From a virus: 35,957 nucleotides of DNA. Every line of letters begins with the position of its first letter. Within the stretch, counting starts at the first letter, position 1. A program made the position numbers and the translations under genes. Below the pieces are notes generated by a model. It was given only the letters and a program-made list of their open reading frames with translations. It had not been told where the DNA came from and ran no database searches. Where the stretch lies: the IMG/VR virus record IMGVR_UViG_3300023223_000133, positions 1-35,957 of that record. One strand, 5' to 3'. Below, piece after piece: positions 30,823 to 35,957 of this stretch.

Positions 30823-31839
30823 ATGGCTACTATTGGAAATGATGTAATCACGCTTACAGATTGGGCAAAGCGTAACGATCCAAAGGGTAAAACCCCGATG
30901 ATCGTAGAAATTTTATCTCAATCAAACATGGCACTGGAAGATATGCCATTCAAAGAGGGTAACTTACCTACCGGTGAACAGGTTACAATTCGAACAGGTT
31001 TACCTGATTCTTATTACCGCCAGATTAACCAGGGTGTACCTAAATCAAAATCAACTACAGCGCAAGTTGTAGAAAATGCCGCGATGTTAGAAGCACGCTC
31101 GGAAATTGATGTTAAGGTTGCTAAGTTAAATGGTAATCTTGGTTCATTCCGTTTAAGTGAGTCTAAACCATTCGTTGAATCAATGGCACAAACTCAAGCT
31201 ACTACCTTAATTTACGGTACAGCTTCAAACCCTGAAGAGTACGTGGGTTTCTTCCCTCGTTACAATGATACTTCAGCAACTAACGGCGAGAATATTTTAC
31301 TTGCCGGTGGTGCCGGTTCAGACAATACATCAATCTTATTGGTTGGTTGGGGTTCTGATACTGTATTCGGTGTTTATCCTAAAGGCTCTAAAGCCGGTAT
31401 GGATCATCAAGATTTAGGTGAGATTGATGCCTTTGATGACAACAACAACCGTTTCCGCGCTTATGCTGACTTGTACACGTGGGATAATGGCTTAGTTGTT
31501 AAGGATTGGCGTAACGTTGTACGTATCGCTAACATTGATGTAAGTGATTTAGTGGCAGCTTCAGGTACTCAACTACCTACAGCGGCAACAGCTATCATTA
31601 AGTTGATGGCACGCGCACAAGATCGCTTACCTAACATTACATCAGTTAAAGATGTGTTTTATGTTAACCGTACTGTTGCATCGCACTTACGCTTAGCTGC
31701 ACTTGATAAGAGTTCAGCAGCGGTTACAATCGAGCCTGCAATTAATCAGTTTGGCAACAACATCCATCAACTTACGTTTTTAGGTACTCCAGTTAAAATT
31801 ATGGATGTTATCTTAAACACTGAAGAAGCGATTTCTTAA
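30823..31839 (+). CDS. Major capsid protein (338 aa)
   Basis: GAGAGG RBS. Its position after the scaffold gene and before the cement-like gene and a strong terminator is typical, as are its size and composition. Confidence 0.8.
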   Translation: MATIGNDVITLTDWAKRNDPKGKTPMIVEILSQSNMALEDMPFKEGNLPTGEQVTIRTGLPDSYYRQINQGVPKSKSTTAQVVENAAMLEARSEIDVKVAKLNGNLGSFRLSESKPFVESMAQTQATTLIYGTASNPEEYVGFFPRYNDTSATNGENILLAGGAGSDNTSILLVGWGSDTVFGVYPKGSKAGMDHQDLGEIDAFDDNNNRFRAYADLYTWDNGLVVKDWRNVVRIANIDVSDLVAASGTQLPTAATAIIKLMARAQDRLPNITSVKDVFYVNRTVASHLRLAALDKSSAAVTIEPAINQFGNNIHQLTFLGTPVKIMDVILNTEEAIS

Positions 31840-31850
31840 GGAGAAATATT

Positions 31851-32270
31851 ATGTACGTAGATTCAAAACAAGCTTTCGCTGACGGTCAAGCTTTAACAGC
31901 TACAGCGGTTTCAACAAACGTTATTGATTTAGGCGTTGATCGAGATATTGGCCCAGGTGAGAGCATGGCTGTAATGGTTAGCTCTTCAGTTGACGCGGGT
32001 GGCACTACTCCAACCCTTCAAGTTGTGGTTCAAACCTCTAACGATGAAGGTATGGCAGGCTTAACTGTTATCGGTACTTCAGCGGTAATTACTGAAATCA
32101 AAGCAGGTGAGAAAATTGTTGTACCTATTGGCACTAAGAACTTTCGCTATATGCGTTTGAGCTTGGTTACTGGTGGTACATCGCCGACTCACACCATTGA
32201 CGCTTATCTTCAGCCTTACAGCATGGTTGATGCTAAGACTGATTACGCTAACGCTTACAACATCGTATAA
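31851..32270 (+). CDS. Capsid cement/decoration protein (Bbp16-like, tentative)
   Basis: 139 aa, immediately after the capsid gene. AVSTNVIDLGVDRDIGPGESM and FRYMRLSLV resemble the BPP-1-type cement protein family (from memory). Confidence 0.55.
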   Translation: MYVDSKQAFADGQALTATAVSTNVIDLGVDRDIGPGESMAVMVSSSVDAGGTTPTLQVVVQTSNDEGMAGLTVIGTSAVITEIKAGEKIVVPIGTKNFRYMRLSLVTGGTSPTHTIDAYLQPYSMVDAKTDYANAYNIV

Positions 32271-32278
32271 GGTGACTT

Positions 32279-32425
32279 ATGAAAGTTAAAGCTACTAAAA
32301 AGGGCTTTTACGGCAAGTTTCGCAAAGAAGGCGATGAGTTTGAAATCTCTGACAAAAAAGAACTAGGTTCTTGGATGGAAGAAATTAAGCAAACAAAAAA
32401 AGTAAAAGCGAGTAAAAGCGAGTAA
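32279..32425 (+). CDS. Small basic head-module protein (48 aa), below the ORF-track cutoff
   Basis: AAGGTG RBS. MKVKATKKGFYGKFRKEGDEFEISDKKELGSWMEEIK resembles small proteins often found after capsid genes. The 3' end contains the tandem AGTAAAAGCG x2. Confidence 0.5.
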   Translation: MKVKATKKGFYGKFRKEGDEFEISDKKELGSWMEEIKQTKKVKASKSE

Positions 32426-32428
32426 AAT

Positions 32429-32458
32429 AAAGGGAGGGTAAAACCTCCCTTTCTATTT
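32429..32458 (+). terminator. Rho-independent terminator after the capsid genes
   Basis: aaagggagg-gtaaaa-cctcccttt followed by ctattt. Confidence 0.75.
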
Positions 32459-32468
32459 AGGATTTATC

Positions 32469-33098
32469 ATGGCGTTAGATACTTACGATAATTTATTCAA
32501 GACTATATCTGCAAGGATAGAGCGCGGTACAAGTTTAGACCTTGAGATACCAGATTTTATATTGCTAGCTGAAAGAGATATGCTAGCAAACCCTACCGAG
32601 TCACTAAAGATTAGTGAAGCAGAAACAATTTCAACAGATACAACTAGCACGTTAACTCGAACATTAGCCCTACCAAGCGGCTTTAAGAAGTCGCGTGACT
32701 TCTCTATATCATTCGATAACGGCATTGAAAAACTAACGTATAGAACTCCTGAGCAAATGAACGTTAGAAACGGCACCGGTCGCCCTTGCTTCTTTACCAT
32801 TCAAGGCAATAACATGGCTTTTGATATCCTGCCAGAAGAAGAATGGGTGGTAACCTTTGATTACTTCAAGGACTTCGAGCCACTAACTGTACTAAATCAA
32901 ACAAACATAATTTTAGATAAATACCCAAGCGTATATTTATTTGGTGCACTTCGTCATGCGTTTATGCGAGCACAAGACTTTGAGCAAGGCACTGTTTACG
33001 GGGGCAACTTCTTTAGTGCTATCGAATCAGCTAATCTTTCTGAGCTTGAAAAAAGAAACGGCAACATGCCACAACAAACCGTTGGGTGGTCACCTTAA
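32469..33098 (+). CDS. Head-tail adaptor (position of P22 gp4), 209 aa
   Basis: Synteny only. TAATG coupling to the gp10-like gene. Confidence 0.45.
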   Translation: MALDTYDNLFKTISARIERGTSLDLEIPDFILLAERDMLANPTESLKISEAETISTDTTSTLTRTLALPSGFKKSRDFSISFDNGIEKLTYRTPEQMNVRNGTGRPCFFTIQGNNMAFDILPEEEWVVTFDYFKDFEPLTVLNQTNIILDKYPSVYLFGALRHAFMRAQDFEQGTVYGGNFFSAIESANLSELEKRNGNMPQQTVGWSP

Positions 33099-34516
33099 TG
33101 CCTTTCCAAACTGTACCAATTAACCTGACCGGGCCATCTTATCAAAGTAGGTCTAAACCTTTATCTAGTCAGCAGACTAAAAACTGGTACCCGCAACTAA
33201 GCGACCAAGGCAAAGATCAATATGTATTAATGCCATTCCCTGGCTTAAAGGTTGTGGGTAACGCTGTCGGTATTGATCGCGGCTTTCATCGTATGGCTGA
33301 AATACTTTACCAGGTAAAAGGCTCGTCGCTGTATGAGATAGATAGCCAAGGCAACCACACGTTAAGAGGCACTATTCATGGCAGCGGTCGCGCAATAATC
33401 AGAGATGATGGCATCAATATGTTTATCGTTACTGACTTGAAGGTATGGCAATACTCAACAGATACCCACTCACTAATCGAGGTTAATGATCCTAATATTA
33501 CCGGTGCCAAATCCGTTGACTTTATTAACAATCAATTTCTTTATACTTTCGATAAGTTCACCACTGTTTCAGATGTTGGTAACGGTGCTAGCGCTAGTGG
33601 ATTGAATATCATAGGCGAGGAAACGCTACCCGATGACCTAGTACGTGATTATGTTTTCGATGAGGTTATATATCGCTGTGGTGTTCGTTCTATCGTTGGC
33701 TGGTATAACTCAGGCGTAGGCTCACCACCAATCGAGAAGCTACAAGGCAGATTATTTGCAGTTGGTTTAGCGGCTATAAATTCAATTGCTGAAACTGATG
33801 AAGCATTTTATTGGCTAGGTGATGATCAATCAATATACAGAGCAACAGCAGGCAGAAAGGAAAGAGTGTCAACTGATGCTATATCAAACCAAATAAGCAA
33901 GTTTGAAACGATTAGTGATGCTATTGGTAACGTTATGACATTTGAGGGGCAGAACTTCTACTGCTTAACATTCCCTTTAGAAAATAAAACATTCATTATT
34001 AGTGAAGAGTTAGGCGAAAACGGATGGTTTGAAATATCAAGCGGCACCGCTGATGGCAAGTATCAAGGCTCATCATTTATTAGCGCTTACGGTAAAACCT
34101 TTGTAGCTGATGAGTTTAACGGTAATGTTTACGAGTTAGATTTAGATACTTTCATGAACAACGATGAAACACTTCAGCGAACCAGAGTTACACAAAGCGT
34201 CAACGGTGATTTACTTAACTCCAAAGGTAAACGAGTTCAGATGTCCGAGCTTAAGATTATAATGGAAACTGGTGTTGGTTTAGTTAGTGGTCAAGGTGAT
34301 AACCCTCGTATCATGGTTGAATACTCTGATGACGGTGGTCGCACATGGAGCGCAGGCTCATGGCCTCGTACTGGTAGAATGGGCGAGTTTACATTACAGG
34401 TTTATTTCTACGACTTAGGCTCGTTTTATGATCGCATGTTTAGGATCTCAACAACCGACCCAGTTAGTTACTCGCTATATTCTGCGACTATTGACTTAAG
34501 GCTAGCAGGTAGATAA
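33098..34516 (+). CDS. Tail hub / packaged-DNA stabilisation protein (P22 gp10-like), 472 aa
   Basis: ATG 33098 overlaps the upstream stop (TAATG), and the track start 33086 is a GTG. The length, the N-terminal MPFQTVPINL...SR, the repeated beta-strand-rich body and the C-terminal DDGGRTWS...FRISTTDPVSYSLYSATIDL parallel gp10 as I recall it. Confidence 0.55.
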   Translation: MPFQTVPINLTGPSYQSRSKPLSSQQTKNWYPQLSDQGKDQYVLMPFPGLKVVGNAVGIDRGFHRMAEILYQVKGSSLYEIDSQGNHTLRGTIHGSGRAIIRDDGINMFIVTDLKVWQYSTDTHSLIEVNDPNITGAKSVDFINNQFLYTFDKFTTVSDVGNGASASGLNIIGEETLPDDLVRDYVFDEVIYRCGVRSIVGWYNSGVGSPPIEKLQGRLFAVGLAAINSIAETDEAFYWLGDDQSIYRATAGRKERVSTDAISNQISKFETISDAIGNVMTFEGQNFYCLTFPLENKTFIISEELGENGWFEISSGTADGKYQGSSFISAYGKTFVADEFNGNVYELDLDTFMNNDETLQRTRVTQSVNGDLLNSKGKRVQMSELKIIMETGVGLVSGQGDNPRIMVEYSDDGGRTWSAGSWPRTGRMGEFTLQVYFYDLGSFYDRMFRISTTDPVSYSLYSATIDLRLAGR

Positions 34517-34810
34517 ATGACTAATCCAGTTAACCCGCCACCTCAATTAAGAATACCTAGGGCGTTTTTAAAAGATCCAGAGGTCGCGGCATTTATAGAG
34601 CAACAGAATATTATACTGTTTCAACTATACAGGAAGCTAGGCGGCGTTAACGACCCTGTAGGCGAAATAGGCAACCAAGGCATAAACAGCTTTGCGCCAC
34701 TATTACAGCAAACAATAAAGCAGTTAAATGGTTTACCTAAATTTACATGTGACACAACAGGCTTTACAGCAGATTCCACCGAGTGGACAGCAGACAAGGA
34801 TATAGCATAA
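34517..34810 (+). CDS. Hypothetical tail-module protein (97 aa)
   Basis: It starts directly after the hub gene stop, and TAATG couples it to the next gene. Confidence 0.55.
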   Translation: MTNPVNPPPQLRIPRAFLKDPEVAAFIEQQNIILFQLYRKLGGVNDPVGEIGNQGINSFAPLLQQTIKQLNGLPKFTCDTTGFTADSTEWTADKDIA

Positions 34811-35957
34811 TGGCTCAAGAAATAATCAACGTTGGCGGCGCAAATGAAAAACAAGGTGATACGCCTTTCGTGTTTTGCCCTAAAATAAACAGAAACTTTA
34901 CCGAGTTATTCACCATAAAACAGGCGTGCGTTAGTTACATTTACGAAGAGGCTGATTTTCCAGTGCAGGATGCTACAACTATAACACTACAAGCCGATGC
35001 AGCTTATTGTTTATGTGCCCTAATATCCACAGGAAAGAGGTTTATTGTTGAAGATAGTTCCTACATATGCGGAGTTACTCAAACTGTTCCTATGCTTGAA
35101 TATACCGGCACTGGCGTAATGTTCACATCGACAACAGTATGGACTCTTGAAAATCTTGGTTTTACTTGCCCTAATGGAACGGTTTTCAGTCACACCGGCG
35201 CTGGCCAGTTTATAATAATGAGAAACTCAACCTGTTCCAATTGTTTAAATATTGGCACCATAAACTCAAGCGGTTATTTCTCAACAGGCAGCAGTTTTGT
35301 TAATATCACAGGTGCAGGGTTAACCTTTACCGGTGCTAATAACGGGTTCTTATACGCTACTGGTAACATGATCACCTCATCAGCATCAACCACTATTGTT
35401 GACTTTGGCACTGCTACATTCTTTTTAATGCGGGTATTAGATTCCACATATGCGGGGCCACCTGGCGCGGTTGCATTCTCAGGATTACCGGACGGCGCTA
35501 ATATAAACTCAGGCAATAAAGGTGTATTTGAAGTAAATGATTTACAGTCTGGTGGAATAACTCCTATGGCTGGAATGTCACCATCAGACATTAGAATGGC
35601 GGTTAGATTTTCAGATGGGCTAATGGACTCTCGAAACGCTGCTGATATGTTCATGGTTGGCGGCTCTGAAACAATAACGATCGGAGGCTCTAACGAATGG
35701 AATGAAATCGGAGTACCAAGCGGCGGCGGTGTATCTTGGGATAGCGATATAAGTGACAGGTTTACCATAGGTACTGATGGTGTTTTAACCTACATCGGAG
35801 AGGATGATATAGAGGTCACATTAACGGGCAGGGCTACTATTGAAAAGACAGGCGGCGGCTCTGATGTGTTGGAGGTTCGCTTTGCTGTTAATTGGAATGG
35901 AACGGTAAGTGATGGCGGCTTGGAGAAATCAAGAGCGCAAACACAAAACACAACCCC
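34810..35957 (+). CDS. Tail protein, possible second receptor-binding protein; 5' part of a 424-aa gene that continues at 1..271
   Basis: I read the frame from ATG 34810 codon by codon and found no stop before the window end. The ORF track misses it because it has no in-window stop. Its G/T/S/N-rich repetitive strands suggest a beta-helix-like fold. The minus ORF 35274..35768 is its antisense shadow. Confidence 0.75.
   Translation, partial: MAQEIINVGGANEKQGDTPFVFCPKINRNFTELFTIKQACVSYIYEEADFPVQDATTITLQADAAYCLCALISTGKRFIVEDSSYICGVTQTVPMLEYTGTGVMFTSTTVWTLENLGFTCPNGTVFSHTGAGQFIIMRNSTCSNCLNIGTINSSGYFSTGSSFVNITGAGLTFTGANNGFLYATGNMITSSASTTIVDFGTATFFLMRVLDSTYAGPPGAVAFSGLPDGANINSGNKGVFEVNDLQSGGITPMAGMSPSDIRMAVRFSDGLMDSRNAADMFMVGGSETITIGGSNEWNEIGVPSGGGVSWDSDISDRFTIGTDGVLTYIGEDDIEVTLTGRATIEKTGGGSDVLEVRFAVNWNGTVSDGGLEKSRAQTQNTT
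35814..35957. repeat. Second copy of the 144-bp terminal direct repeat
   Basis: Identical to 1..144. Confidence 0.95.

Noticed and set aside
31851-32270. Diversity-generating retroelement, considered because the cement protein looks BPP-1-like
   Set aside because: No reverse transcriptase ORF is present. I also saw no template/variable repeat pair near the tail-fibre 3' ends.
35274-35768. 164-aa minus-strand ORF near the window end, plus 34621..34854 and 32483..32800 on the minus strand and 32941..33123 on the plus strand
   Set aside because: The minus-strand ORFs are antisense shadows of tail and adaptor genes. In particular, 35274..35768 is antisense to the stop-less tail gene starting at 34810. 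The plus-strand 32941..33123 is an alternative frame of the adaptor gene.
1-35957. Lysogeny module, tRNAs, CRISPR arrays and transposable elements
   Set aside because: I found no integrase or recombinase, no CI-length repressor, no partition genes, no tRNA-like T-arm or cloverleaf in the non-coding gaps, no spaced repeat arrays and no IS-type inverted repeats. Lifestyle cannot be assigned from this sequence alone.

Overview
The window is a complete, circularly closed tailed-phage genome of about 35.8 kb. Bases 1-144 are identical to 35814-35957, and one tail-protein gene reads through that junction. I saw no rRNA, tRNA, CRISPR array, integrase, transposase or reverse transcriptase.

Gene layout, taking the genome as a circle:
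- A plus-strand virion module runs 29652 -> end -> 7111. Its order parallels P22-like podoviruses as I recall them: scaffold, capsid, cement, adaptor, gp10-like hub, tail proteins, three ejection-type proteins, tailspike.
- A minus-strand lambdoid nin-like operon covers 10458 -> 7197 (YopX, DUF1367-like, YbcO-like, RuvC-like).
- A plus-strand replication operon covers 10618 -> 13771 (Phg_2220_C replisome organiser, DnaB).
- A minus-strand early operon covers 16140 -> 14044 (XRE HTH, HNH-like).
- A long plus-strand unit covers 16474 -> 26607 (RecT, small Cys-rich proteins, three exported proteins, lysis cassette, terS, terL, portal).

Observations most worth follow-up:
- A nine-gene, fully translationally coupled cassette on the opposite strand splits the portal-scaffold junction.
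- Two paralogous promoter / structured-leader / intrinsic-terminator modules sit ahead of the two plus-strand units.
- A TTGCAAT operator-like motif is shared by all three divergent promoter regions.
- A possible sulfotransferase-fold gene and an Asp/Asn beta-hydroxylase gene lie inside the tail module.
- A trio of Sec-signal proteins includes a pilin-like member.
- The lysis cassette's only enzyme candidate is a DUF5675 protein.

All family assignments come from motifs read by eye and from memory of family signatures. No searches were run.
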